Shown: positions 36,721 to 46,113, counted from the stretch's first letter. The stretch: 64,000 bases of DNA from an uncultured Verrucomicrobia subdivision 3 bacterium (GCA_903918885.1 CAIXFY010000030.1:39324-103323); one strand, 5' to 3'. Made by a program: numbers and translations. Notes: generated from the letters alone by a model not told the origin.

Positions 36721-37710
36721 ATGAACAACAAATACAATCCCGCGCTGTTCTGGTTCGCCGTGCTGAACGCCGTCACGACCTTTCTGCTCATCGGTCTCGG
36801 CGGTCTGGTCACCAGTCACGAAGCTGGCATGTCCGTGCCCGACTGGCCGAACAGCTATGGCTACAACATGTTTTTGTTTCCGATCAAGGACTGGATTGGC
36901 GGCATTTTTTATGAGCACACGCATCGGCTGCTTGCGTCGGTGGTCGGCCTGCTTACGACGATTCTGGCCGTCTGGCTCTGGCTGAAAGATTCGCGTAAAT
37001 GGATGCAATGGCTGGGCATCGCGGCATTCCTGCTGGTCGTCGTGCAGGGAATTCTCGGCGGGCTGCGCGTGGATTTACGGATGGCTGCCCTGGGGATTTT
37101 TCACGGCACCATCGCTCAGATATTTCTGATTTTAACGTGTGCCATCGCGCTGTGCTTGAGCCGCTGGTGGACAAATTCCGAAACGGAAAAAACAATTGCC
37201 GTTCCGCGCGGCCTGCGTAGTCATGTGCTTTACGTCACCCTTTTGATTTTTGTGCAACTGATGATCGCCGCGACCATGCGCCACCAGCACGCCGGTCTGG
37301 CCATCACGGATTTTCCGCTCGCCTACGGAAAAATCTGGCCGGCGACAACGCCCGAAGCCATCGCGCACTATAATGCTACGCGCCCGCCTGGCACCATCGG
37401 CGATTCCATCACCGCGTTTCAAGTGAACTTACAAATGATTCACCGCTGCGTCGCCTACGCGATTTTTCTCGGCGTTATCGCCGCTGCGTTTCTGGCGAAG
37501 AAAAAACTGGGCGCGGCGGACGGCTTGACGAAATTCGCCTGGTTCTGGCTCGCGCTGATCATCGCACAAATCGGTCTCGGCGCGTGGACGGTCTGGTCGA
37601 ACAAGGCGGCGGACGTCACCACGCTGCATGTCATGGTCGGCGCGTCGGCGCTGTTGACGGGCGCGCTCTGGTGGTTGGCGTCGGCGCGGCGCACGAAGCT
37701 GGCGGCATAA
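36721..37710 (+). CDS. ctaA: heme A synthase (COX15/CtaA family)
   Basis: Eight-TM protein with paired His motifs (YEHTHRL, TMRHQHAG) in an oxidase-cluster context. Confidence 0.8.
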   Translation: MNNKYNPALFWFAVLNAVTTFLLIGLGGLVTSHEAGMSVPDWPNSYGYNMFLFPIKDWIGGIFYEHTHRLLASVVGLLTTILAVWLWLKDSRKWMQWLGIAAFLLVVVQGILGGLRVDLRMAALGIFHGTIAQIFLILTCAIALCLSRWWTNSETEKTIAVPRGLRSHVLYVTLLIFVQLMIAATMRHQHAGLAITDFPLAYGKIWPATTPEAIAHYNATRPPGTIGDSITAFQVNLQMIHRCVAYAIFLGVIAAAFLAKKKLGAADGLTKFAWFWLALIIAQIGLGAWTVWSNKAADVTTLHVMVGASALLTGALWWLASARRTKLAA

Positions 37711-37842
37711 TTGTTTTACCTAGTTAATTTAAGGAATCGTCCTATCTAATTCCGTGGCAAACGACATTGACATATTTTGTTTTGGCATGACAAAATGGGG
37801 AGAATTAGGCGCGGTTCTCACCTCGCATTTTTTACCAGAAGC

Positions 37843-38745
37843 ATGAAATCATCGGCGGAAGCATTGGACACGACGGTTGGCGTGGAAAAACACTGGGCGG
37901 CGGTCTTCGCGGACCTCGTCAAGGCGCGTCTAACGGCGCTCGTGCTGCTCACCACCTTCGTGGGTTTTTATCTCGGCGAACGCGGAGCAGTGAATTACCT
38001 GCTCTTGTTTCACGCGCTGCTCGGCACGGCGCTCGTCGCCTCTGGCGCGGCGGCGTTGAATCAGTGGCTCGAACGCGATTACGACGCGAAGATGCGCCGC
38101 ACTGCCAGCCGCCCGCTGCCCAGCGGCCGTTTGCAACCGTCGACCGTCGCCATTTTCGGTGGCGCGTGTTCCGTGGTCGGCTTGGTTTATTTGGCGGTGC
38201 TGGTGAATCCGCTTACGAGCGTGGTCGGCGCAGTCACGAGCGTGAGTTATCTTTTCATCTACACGCCGCTCAAGCGCGTGACGTGGGTGAACACTTTGGT
38301 CGGCGCGATTCCCGGTGCGCTGCCGCCGCTCATGGGCTGGACCGCTGCCCGTAACGAAATGTCCGGCGAAGGCTGGGCGTTGTTTGCGATTCTGGCGTTC
38401 TGGCAAATTCCGCATTTCATGGCCATCGCGTGGCTGTATCGCGACGAATATGCCAAGGCCGGTTTCGTGATGTTGCCTAATGTGGATGCCGATGGCAGTC
38501 GCACGGTGCTGCATTCCGTGAGCAACACGATTGCGCTTTTGCTGGCGAGCCTGTGCCCGTTTGCATTCGGGCTGGAGGGAAAAATTTACCTCGCGGTTGC
38601 GCTAATTCTCGGCGCGGGCTATCTCTGGTGTGCGGTTCGCTTCGCGCGGCAACTGACGGCGCAACGCGCAAGGCAATTATTTTTGGCGTCCATCATTTAC
38701 CTACCGCTGCTCATCGCGGCGCTCGTCGGCAACAAATTGAAATAA
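37843..38745 (+). CDS. ctaB: protoheme IX farnesyltransferase (heme O synthase)
   Basis: UbiA-family motifs NQWLERDYDAKMRRTASRPL and YTPLKR. The ATG at 37843 is preferred over the ORF start at 37777. Confidence 0.85.
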   Translation: MKSSAEALDTTVGVEKHWAAVFADLVKARLTALVLLTTFVGFYLGERGAVNYLLLFHALLGTALVASGAAALNQWLERDYDAKMRRTASRPLPSGRLQPSTVAIFGGACSVVGLVYLAVLVNPLTSVVGAVTSVSYLFIYTPLKRVTWVNTLVGAIPGALPPLMGWTAARNEMSGEGWALFAILAFWQIPHFMAIAWLYRDEYAKAGFVMLPNVDADGSRTVLHSVSNTIALLLASLCPFAFGLEGKIYLAVALILGAGYLWCAVRFARQLTAQRARQLFLASIIYLPLLIAALVGNKLK

Positions 38746-38749
38746 ATTT

Positions 38750-40618
38750 ATGCAGTCAAACGTCCAACAGTTTCCGCCGTTCCGCGAAGTTCCCCCGACG
38801 CACGCGCATCACGACCACGGCCACGGCGAACACCACGAGCCCGGCTTCTGGCAGAAATACATTTTCTCCACCGACCACAAGGTCATCGGCATCCAATACG
38901 GTTTCATGGCGCTCTGCTTCATGCTGTTTGGTTTTTTTCTGATGCTGCTCATGCGCTGGCAGATTGCGCATCCGGGCGTGCCGGTTCCGGTTTTCGGCCC
39001 GCTGCTGGAAAAAATTCTCGGCCAGCCCGCCGCGCACGGCGCGATTTCGCCGGATCTCTACAATTCCTTCGGCGCAATGCACGGCACCATCATGGTGTTC
39101 CTCGGCGTCGTGCCACTGGCGTTCGCGGCGTTCGGCAACTATGTCGTGCCACTGATGATCGGCGCGCCGGACATGACCTTTCCGCGTATCAACATGGCGA
39201 GCTTTCACGCGTTTTTTCTGGGTGGCGTGGTGATGCTGGTGAGCTTTTTCATTCCCGGCGGCGCGGCGCAGGCCGGCTGGACTTCGTATTCGCCGCTGGC
39301 GACGACGATTCCGACGCACGGTCAGGCGTTCTGGCTGGTCGGCATGGTTTTGCTCATCACCTCGTCGCTGCTCGGCGCGGTGAATTTCATCGCAACGATT
39401 GTCCAGCTCCGCGCGCCCGGCATGACTTGGATGCGGTTGCCATGGTTCGTCTGGGCGCAGTTTGTGACGGCGTTCATTCTGCTGCTCGCATTTCCGCCGC
39501 TCGAAGCCGCCGGCGTTTTGCAGTTGATGGATAATGTTGTCGGCACGAGTTTCTTCCTGCCGACCGGTCTGGCCGTCGGCGGCGCAGTCGGTCAAGCCAG
39601 CGGCGGCGGCAGTCCCTTGCTGTGGCAACATTTGTTTTGGTTCCTCGGCCATCCGGAAGTTTATGTTTTGATTCTGCCAGCGATGGGCATTGTCGCCGAA
39701 GTCATCGCGAACAACACGCGCAAGCCGCTGTGGGGCTACAAATCGCTCGTGTATTCGGCGCTGTTCGTCGGCTTCCTGTCATTCATCGTTTGGGCGCATC
39801 ACATGTATATGACTGGCATGGGGCAGAAAATCGCGACCTTCTTTCAGGCGACGACGATGATCATCTCGATTCCGTCGGTGATCATTTTGACCTGCATGTT
39901 TCTGTCGCTTTGGGGCGGCTCGATCCGCATCAACACGCCGATGCTTTTCGCGCTCGGATTTTTGCCAATGTTCGGCATCGGCGGTCTCACCGGTCTGCCG
40001 CTCGGCCTCGCGGCGGCGGACTTGTATCTGCACGACACTTACTATGTTATCGCACATTTCCATTATGTCGTTGCGCCGGGAACGATCTTCGCGCTGTTTG
40101 CCGGCGTGTATTTCTGGTTCCCGAAAATGACCGGACGCAAGATGAATGAATTTTGGGGTCGCGTGCATTTTTGGTGCTCGTTCACTTTCATGAACATCGT
40201 GTTCATGCCGATGTTCGCGCAGGGTATCAAGGGCATGCTGCGCCGCATGAGCGACGGCGCGGTGAACTATTCCGCCACCCGCGTGCCGAACGCCATTGAC
40301 GCGCTGCCGGGCACGGTGATGCAATTGAACGGCTTTATTCTCTGGGCCGCCATTGGGTTGGGCATCGCGCAAATTCCGTTCATCATCAATTTGTTTTGGA
40401 GCATCAGCCACGGCGAGAAAGTGAACAGCGACAATCCCTGGCGCGCGACCACGCTGGACTGGCAGACGCCCACGCCGCCGCCGCACGGAAATTTTTCGCA
40501 CACGCCGGTCGTCGTGCGCGGGCCTTACGAATACAGCGCGCCCGGCCACGCGGAAGATTTTACGCCGCAGGACGAACCCGTCGACGGCGCCGCACCCGCC
40601 ACCACCGCGCATCATTGA
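38750..40618 (+). CDS. ctaD: cytochrome c oxidase subunit I
   Basis: WFLGHPEVYVLILPAMG, VWAHHMYMTG, YYVIAHFHYV. 622 aa. Confidence 0.95.
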   Translation: MQSNVQQFPPFREVPPTHAHHDHGHGEHHEPGFWQKYIFSTDHKVIGIQYGFMALCFMLFGFFLMLLMRWQIAHPGVPVPVFGPLLEKILGQPAAHGAISPDLYNSFGAMHGTIMVFLGVVPLAFAAFGNYVVPLMIGAPDMTFPRINMASFHAFFLGGVVMLVSFFIPGGAAQAGWTSYSPLATTIPTHGQAFWLVGMVLLITSSLLGAVNFIATIVQLRAPGMTWMRLPWFVWAQFVTAFILLLAFPPLEAAGVLQLMDNVVGTSFFLPTGLAVGGAVGQASGGGSPLLWQHLFWFLGHPEVYVLILPAMGIVAEVIANNTRKPLWGYKSLVYSALFVGFLSFIVWAHHMYMTGMGQKIATFFQATTMIISIPSVIILTCMFLSLWGGSIRINTPMLFALGFLPMFGIGGLTGLPLGLAAADLYLHDTYYVIAHFHYVVAPGTIFALFAGVYFWFPKMTGRKMNEFWGRVHFWCSFTFMNIVFMPMFAQGIKGMLRRMSDGAVNYSATRVPNAIDALPGTVMQLNGFILWAAIGLGIAQIPFIINLFWSISHGEKVNSDNPWRATTLDWQTPTPPPHGNFSHTPVVVRGPYEYSAPGHAEDFTPQDEPVDGAAPATTAHH

Positions 40619-40624
40619 TTTCAC

Positions 40625-41428
40625 ATGGAAATTCCCTACACAACTGAACATCGGCCGGACACCGGCCTTTACAACGCCAAGCTCGGCGTCTGGCTGTTTC
40701 TCGCGTCCGAAGTGATGCTCTTCGGCGGACTTTTTTCCGCCTATGTTTTGTTGCGCGTTGGCGCGGAACCCGGCATGTGGCCGCACGGCTGGCTCAATGT
40801 CACGCTCGGTTCCATCAACACACTGCTGCTCGCGCTCTCGGCCATCACTACGCTGCTCGCGTGGGCGGCGTGCAAGGTGCGCGACTTCGGCAAATTCAAA
40901 ATCTTTCACGCCTGCACCATGATTTTGGCAATCGCGTTTTTGGGCATCAAATCCTACGAATACCGCGACAAGTTTTTGCACTACGAAATCGCGCTGAACA
41001 ACGGCACTTTCGCCGACGGCCATCTCGTGGAAAAATCCGCCGACTTCGACCTCGCGAACAAAACCGGCGCGGTCACCCTGCACGGACACATCGTCGAGGA
41101 CCGCAAGGAATTGATGGATTTGCGCAGCCCCGAGGCGCAGAAGGCCGAGCACAAGGAACTCGTCATTCCCGCCGCCGATATCAAGAAAATGCAGAACTAC
41201 GGGCCGTGGCACAACACCTTCACCGCGATTTATTTCACGATGTCCGGTTTGCACGCGCTGCACATTCTCGGCGGCACGCTGGTGATTTTTTACCTGTGGG
41301 GACCGGGCAGCCGGATGTATAAGACCGATCCCGAACGCTTCACGAACCGCATCGAAGTCTCCGGCCTGTTCTGGCACTTCGTGGATTTGGTTTGGATTTT
41401 CCTGTTCCCCGTGATGTATTTGACCTGA
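40625..41428 (+). CDS. ctaE: cytochrome c oxidase subunit III with a ~75-aa loop insertion
   Basis: LGVWLFLASEVMLFGGLFSAY, FTMSGLHALHILGG, LFWHFVDLVWIFLF. The segment at about aa 118-193 is hydrophilic and extra. Confidence 0.85.
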   Translation: MEIPYTTEHRPDTGLYNAKLGVWLFLASEVMLFGGLFSAYVLLRVGAEPGMWPHGWLNVTLGSINTLLLALSAITTLLAWAACKVRDFGKFKIFHACTMILAIAFLGIKSYEYRDKFLHYEIALNNGTFADGHLVEKSADFDLANKTGAVTLHGHIVEDRKELMDLRSPEAQKAEHKELVIPAADIKKMQNYGPWHNTFTAIYFTMSGLHALHILGGTLVIFYLWGPGSRMYKTDPERFTNRIEVSGLFWHFVDLVWIFLFPVMYLT

Positions 41429-41435
41429 AAATTTT

Positions 41436-41756
41436 ATGAGCGAATCTGAAAAACCCGTCAGCCTGAAAGATACCATTCGCCTCTGCGCGCTGGTTTTTGC
41501 CGCCGTTGTCTGCGCCACCGGCCTGATGATTTACACCTCGTTCCTGCCGCACTACGGCTGGACGGCGAAGGTCTCCATCATTCTCGCCATCGCCACGGTG
41601 AACGCCTTTCTCGTCGCCGGTTATCTGATGCACTTGCTCTCGGAAAAAAAACTCGTCTACACCGTGCTCGGCTTCACCGTGTTTTTCGTCATCGGCTTGG
41701 CTGGTCTGACCATCTGCGCGACGAACGGTTTTCCGCCCGGCACCGTTTCCCATTAA
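41436..41756 (+). CDS. ctaF: cytochrome c oxidase subunit IV (prokaryotic COX4 family)
   Basis: Three TM helices with NAFLVAGYLMHL (a KA.LV..FMHL-like motif), directly after ctaE. Confidence 0.65.
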   Translation: MSESEKPVSLKDTIRLCALVFAAVVCATGLMIYTSFLPHYGWTAKVSIILAIATVNAFLVAGYLMHLLSEKKLVYTVLGFTVFFVIGLAGLTICATNGFPPGTVSH

Positions 41757-41761
41757 CAAAC

Positions 41762-41947
41762 ATGTCCCTCAAAGCCTTCCATCTGATTTTCGTCACGCTG
41801 CTCACCGCGCTGTCGTTCGGTTGCGCGGCGTGGGCGTTTCAGGCGGGCAGCGTGCTTTGGGGCGTGACCGGAATCGCCGCCGGCATTTTCGTGATTGCCT
41901 ACGGAATTTATTTTTTGAGGAAACTGAAAAACGTCAGCTACCTGTGA
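41762..41947 (+). CDS. hypothetical two-TM small membrane protein
   Basis: 61 aa, two hydrophobic helices. Lies 5 nt after ctaF, and its stop overlaps the next start (GTGA). Confidence 0.4.
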   Translation: MSLKAFHLIFVTLLTALSFGCAAWAFQAGSVLWGVTGIAAGIFVIAYGIYFLRKLKNVSYL

Positions 41948-42189
41948 AGCCGCTCCGCAAAATCCCGTTCGCATTCGCCCTGCTCGCGCCGGCGAAAATT
42001 TTCGCCTGCGCCGCGTGCTACGGCGGGAACATCGATTCGCCGATGGCCGATGGCATGAACTGGGGCATCTTCACGCTGCTGGCCGTCGTCGGCACGGTGC
42101 TGGCCGCGTTTCTGGCCTTTTTGATCTACGCCATCCGCAAGAGCGAGGCGCTGACCGCCGCTGCCGAACGGGAAAATATTTCCAAGTAA
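41944..42189 (+). CDS. hypothetical small exported/anchored protein with CAACYG motif
   Basis: GTG at 41944 is in frame with track ORF 41821..42189. VKPLRKIPFAFALLAPAKIFACAACYGGN... is followed by one C-terminal TM. Ends 4 nt before ctaC. Confidence 0.4.
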   Translation: MKPLRKIPFAFALLAPAKIFACAACYGGNIDSPMADGMNWGIFTLLAVVGTVLAAFLAFLIYAIRKSEALTAAAERENISK

Positions 42190-42193
42190 AATT

Positions 42194-42967
42194 ATGAACG
42201 ACTGGTTTGCCTATAACATTCTCGGACTGCCGGAACGCGCCGCCGTCGGCGCCAAGCACGTCGACGACCTCATGGTCTGGGTTCACTACCTGATGGTCGC
42301 GCTGTTCATCGGCTGGATTTTTTATTTCGGCTACGTGCTCTGGCGTTTCAGCGCCGCGCGCCAGCCAAAGGCCAGCTACGACGGCTCCAAGAGCAAGATT
42401 CCCTCTTATGTCGAACTGGTCATCGTCGGCGTTGAAGCCCTGTTGCTCCTCGGCGTCGCCGTCCCGCTGTGGGCGAAAAATGTGGATCATTTTCCTGAAG
42501 CCAAGGACGCGACGGTCATTCAAATCGTCGCGCAGCAATTCGCGTGGAACGCGCGCTATCCCGGCCTCGACGGCAAGTTCGGTCAGCAGGATATGAAACT
42601 CGTCGCCGACAGCAACGTCTTCGGCGTGGATCCCGCCGACCCCGCCGGCAAGGATGACGTGCAGGTCTTCAATGAAATCCACGTGCCGGTCAACAAGCCC
42701 GTGCTGATTTATTTGAGCAGTAAGGACGTGATTCATTCGCTCAAGCTCGTCGCCATGCGCCTGACGCAGGACGCGATTCCCGGACTGCGGATTCCCTGCA
42801 CCTTCACGCCCACGAAGCTCGGCCGCTTCCAGATCGAATGCGCCCAGCTCTGCGGCAACGGCCACGCCGCGATGGCCGGCGGCTTTATCGTCGTGCAAAG
42901 CCAGGAAGACTTCGACAAATGGCTCGCGTCCAAATCCGGCGGCGCGTCGGCGCAGAGTTTTGAATAA
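42194..42967 (+). CDS. ctaC: cytochrome c oxidase subunit II (CuA), no fused cytochrome c domain
   Basis: Two N-terminal TMs. CuA ligands DVIHS and CAQLCGNGHAAM. Confidence 0.85.
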   Translation: MNDWFAYNILGLPERAAVGAKHVDDLMVWVHYLMVALFIGWIFYFGYVLWRFSAARQPKASYDGSKSKIPSYVELVIVGVEALLLLGVAVPLWAKNVDHFPEAKDATVIQIVAQQFAWNARYPGLDGKFGQQDMKLVADSNVFGVDPADPAGKDDVQVFNEIHVPVNKPVLIYLSSKDVIHSLKLVAMRLTQDAIPGLRIPCTFTPTKLGRFQIECAQLCGNGHAAMAGGFIVVQSQEDFDKWLASKSGGASAQSFE

Positions 42968-42987
42968 ATCATTTTCCGTTTCCAAAG

Positions 42988-43022
42988 CCGCATCCGTTTT
43001 TCGGGTGCGGTATTTTTCTTTC
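42988..43022 (+). terminator. putative rho-independent terminator
   Basis: Stem ccgcatccg / cgggtgcgg (one mismatch), followed by tatttttcttt. Confidence 0.5.
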
Positions 43023-43043
43023 GGGCTATAATGAACGGACTTT

Positions 43044-43703
43044 ATGGCCGAAACACCGTTGCGTCCGTCCCGCGTCATTTGGGTCGGCTACCTGCTGCTG
43101 TCGCTCACGATGGCCGCGGCATTTGTGACTTGGTGGTGGCAGACCAGTCGCAGTCTGCAACCGCCGCTTCGCGTCATCGGTTCAGTGGCGGATTTCACGC
43201 TCACGAATCAGGCCGGCCAAGTTTCCACGCTCGCCGATTTCACGAACCGCGTCTGGGTCGCCGACATCGTCTTCACGCGCTGCGCCGGCCCGTGTCCGCG
43301 CCTGACCCAGCAGATGCGGCAGGTGCAGGATTCGCTGCCGAAAGAGAGCAATGCAAAGCTAGTGACGCTCACCACCGATCCTGAATTCGACGCGCCCGCC
43401 GTGCTGGAAAAATACGGCGAACACTTTGGCGCGGATTTCAACCGCTGGACTTTTCTAACCGGCACGAAAGGCGAAATCGCCGCGCTCGCCGCCAATAGTT
43501 TGAAATTGAGCGCGCAACCGGTGAAACCGGAGGAACAAAAGGATTCCGCCGACTTGTTCATTCACACCACGATTTTCGTCATCGTGGACAAGCACGCGCA
43601 GTTGCGCGGATTTTTTGAGACCGGCGGCGACGGCGTGGACTGGACGAACGCCGTGCTGCCCAAAATCCTGAAAGCCGTCCGCCAGTTGGAGAACGAGCCA
43701 TGA
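43044..43703 (+). CDS. SCO1/SenC family copper chaperone
   Basis: N-terminal TM. The FTRCAGPCP CxxxC motif sits in a thioredoxin-like context, and HTTIFVIVD carries the conserved His. Confidence 0.85.
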   Translation: MAETPLRPSRVIWVGYLLLSLTMAAAFVTWWWQTSRSLQPPLRVIGSVADFTLTNQAGQVSTLADFTNRVWVADIVFTRCAGPCPRLTQQMRQVQDSLPKESNAKLVTLTTDPEFDAPAVLEKYGEHFGADFNRWTFLTGTKGEIAALAANSLKLSAQPVKPEEQKDSADLFIHTTIFVIVDKHAQLRGFFETGGDGVDWTNAVLPKILKAVRQLENEP

Positions 43704-44143
43704 CCATTCACGATTTGCCCGCCGTCAACGCCACGCTCAACGGCTTGAGCGCGGTCTTCCTTTCGCTCGGCTTCATCTTCATCAAGCGCGGCAATAAAAT
43801 CGCCCACCGCAACTGCATGATTTCCGCGTTCGGCATGTCGGTGGTTTTTCTCGCGTGCTATCTGACTTATCACGTCTGGCTGGCCGTGGTTTTGCATCAA
43901 GGACCGACGCGGTTTCTCAATCCCGCGTGGTTTCGTCCGATTTACCTGACGATTTTGATGACGCACACGCTGCTCGCCGCCGTCATCGTGCCGCTGATTT
44001 TGATGACCTTGAACCGCGCGCGGAAGCAAGACTTTGCGGCGCACAAAAAGATCGCCCGCTGGACGTGGCCGCTGTGGATGTATGTCTCCGTCACTGGCGT
44101 GGTGATTTATCTTTTGCTCTACCAGATTTTCCCGCAGAGATAA
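43700..44143 (+). CDS. DUF420 family membrane protein
   Basis: LPAVNATLNGLSAVFLSLGFIFIK...HRNCM...VFLACYLTYH is the typical DUF420 pattern. Overlaps the sco stop by 4 nt. Confidence 0.75.
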   Translation: MTIHDLPAVNATLNGLSAVFLSLGFIFIKRGNKIAHRNCMISAFGMSVVFLACYLTYHVWLAVVLHQGPTRFLNPAWFRPIYLTILMTHTLLAAVIVPLILMTLNRARKQDFAAHKKIARWTWPLWMYVSVTGVVIYLLLYQIFPQR

Positions 44144-44149
44144 TCACGC

Positions 44150-45130
44150 ATGACTACCAGCGTCCAAGTTGCGATTCATCCCAGCCAGTTTCCCGAAAAT
44201 GTCCGGCGCGATTTGCTCGCCTCGCTGCGCACGCGGCGCGTGAACCACAAGTTTCACTACGACAGCGTCAAGCAAACCCAGAAATGGCTCGCGTTGCACG
44301 AAGCCCACTCGCCCGCCCGCTACGATAAAAATTGCCTGACGACTTACGACGAAGCTTTCATTGCCGCCGCCAAAAGTGTGAAAAATAAATCTGTCCACGT
44401 CATCGGCCTCGGCTGCGGTGGCGGACAGAAAGACATGCAGTTGATGAATCAGTTGCTGGGGCGTGGCAAAAATGTTTCCTACGCGCCCGGCGATGTCAGC
44501 GTTGCGATGGTGCTCGCCGCGCGCCAGGCCGCGCTCGGGTTGGTGCCGGCAGAAAATTGTTTTCCCTTCGTCTGCGACTTGGCGACGGCGAAAGATTTGC
44601 CCGAAGTATTTGTCAAAAATCGCGTGTCCCATGTCGTCCACCTCGTGACCTTCTTCGGGATGATTCCGAATTTTGAGCCGCGCCAGATTCTGCCGAAACT
44701 CGCAGAGCTATTGCGCCCCAATGATTTTCTGTTGTTCAGCGCCAACCTTGCGCCGGGGAAAAATTACGCCGCAGGCATGAAAAAGATACTCCCGCAATAC
44801 GACAACCCGCTGACGCGCGACTGGCTCACGGCCTTCCTGTTTGATCTGGGCGTGGAGCCGCGCGATGGCAATTTGCGTTTCACCATCGAGGCCGGCGGGC
44901 TGGGTTTACAGCGCGTCATGGCGCGGTTTCATTTTCAGCGCGCTCGCAAAATCAAAGTCAGCGGGCGGGGATTTTCCTTTACGCGCGGCGAAGCCATCCG
45001 GCTTTTCTTTTCGTATCGCTACACGCCCGCGCTGGTCCGCAAAGTTCTTCACCATCACGGCTTCGAAGTTTCCGGCGAATGGATTGCGCAATCAAAAGAA
45101 GAAGGCGTTTTCCTCTGTCGCAGAAAATAA
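44150..45130 (+). CDS. SAM-dependent methyltransferase, EgtD/Methyltransf_33-like
   Basis: By-eye colinearity with EgtD-type enzymes: VIGLGCGGGQKD (SAM loop), FVCDLA, LVTFFGMIPNFEP, LLFSANL, FFSYRYTP...GF. No egtB, egtC or egtE lies nearby. Confidence 0.5.
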   Translation: MTTSVQVAIHPSQFPENVRRDLLASLRTRRVNHKFHYDSVKQTQKWLALHEAHSPARYDKNCLTTYDEAFIAAAKSVKNKSVHVIGLGCGGGQKDMQLMNQLLGRGKNVSYAPGDVSVAMVLAARQAALGLVPAENCFPFVCDLATAKDLPEVFVKNRVSHVVHLVTFFGMIPNFEPRQILPKLAELLRPNDFLLFSANLAPGKNYAAGMKKILPQYDNPLTRDWLTAFLFDLGVEPRDGNLRFTIEAGGLGLQRVMARFHFQRARKIKVSGRGFSFTRGEAIRLFFSYRYTPALVRKVLHHHGFEVSGEWIAQSKEEGVFLCRRK

Positions 45131-45157
45131 ATCTGTGTCCATCTGCGTAATCTGCGG

Positions 45158-46045
45158 TTAAAAAGTTTTCAGCGTGTCCAGCACCGCTTTGATGCGCGGA
45201 ACCTCGTGCGTGCGGAACAAATCCGTTTTGCCCAGCGCCGCCAGCACCGCAAAAAACGGCTCGGCGCAGCGGACTTCCTCGCCGAAAAATTCAAACGCGT
45301 GGGGCAGGGCATGGCAGACGGGAAAACCGAGTTCGCGCAGCCGGAACGTATTCAGAAAAATGTTCATCTGGTGCCGCACGCGCACCGCGCTGTCCTGTAA
45401 ATTGCGGTAGTAAAAGCCGAGGCCGGGGTCTATGAAGATTTTCTTCACGCCGTTGCGCTGCGCAAGTTCGATTTGCCGCGCAAAAAATTCCCGCAGCATC
45501 GGAATCGGGTCGGCGCTCAAATCAAAGTCGCCGACTTCGCGGACATTCTTGCCGGCGACGTAGCAGATGATGACCGCCGCATCGTGGTCGGCGACCATTT
45601 TGAAAATTTCCCGCGAGCCAACGGTGCCGGTGAGGTTCAGGATGTTTGCGCCGGCTTCAAGCGAGGCGCGGGTGACGGCAGTCGAATAGGTTTCGACCGA
45701 GACAAGAATTTTGGCTGCGCGCAATCCTTTGATGACCGGAATTAATTGGGATTTTTGCGCGGCATTGCCGACGCGCGCGGCGTGGGCGAGCGTGGATTCC
45801 GCGCCGACATCAATGATCTGCGCGCCTTGCGCCGCCAGCACCTTGCTACGCTGAATCGCAGAATCCGCCGATAAACAAACGCTTTCGCGATACCATGAAT
45901 CGGCAGAGAGATTGACCACACCCATGATGGCCGGCTGCGTGTTGAAGGCGAATTTTTTGCCGCCGAGGGAAAATTCCCGCACGCGCGCGGAAGCGGCGGT
46001 GCGGTTTTGTTCCAGCAATCCGGCGAGGTGGTCGAGCGAAAGCAT
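45158..46045 (-). CDS. folP: dihydropteroate synthase
   Basis: IMGVVNLSADSWY, GAQIIDVGAEST, IDPGLGF pterin-binding motifs. Confidence 0.8.
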   Translation of the reverse strand: MLSLDHLAGLLEQNRTAASARVREFSLGGKKFAFNTQPAIMGVVNLSADSWYRESVCLSADSAIQRSKVLAAQGAQIIDVGAESTLAHAARVGNAAQKSQLIPVIKGLRAAKILVSVETYSTAVTRASLEAGANILNLTGTVGSREIFKMVADHDAAVIICYVAGKNVREVGDFDLSADPIPMLREFFARQIELAQRNGVKKIFIDPGLGFYYRNLQDSAVRVRHQMNIFLNTFRLRELGFPVCHALPHAFEFFGEEVRCAEPFFAVLAALGKTDLFRTHEVPRIKAVLDTLKTF

Positions 46046-46113
46046 GGCGGAATCGTAAGCGGGAAAAAGAATTTCGCAAACAGATTAGCGCGGAAAAATA
46101 ATTTACGCGGCGG

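Noticed and set aside
39779-41518. 579-aa ORF antisense to ctaD/ctaE
   Set aside because: Its composition is extremely Arg/His/Gly-rich and it lies opposite strongly conserved oxidase subunits. It has no recognisable domain.
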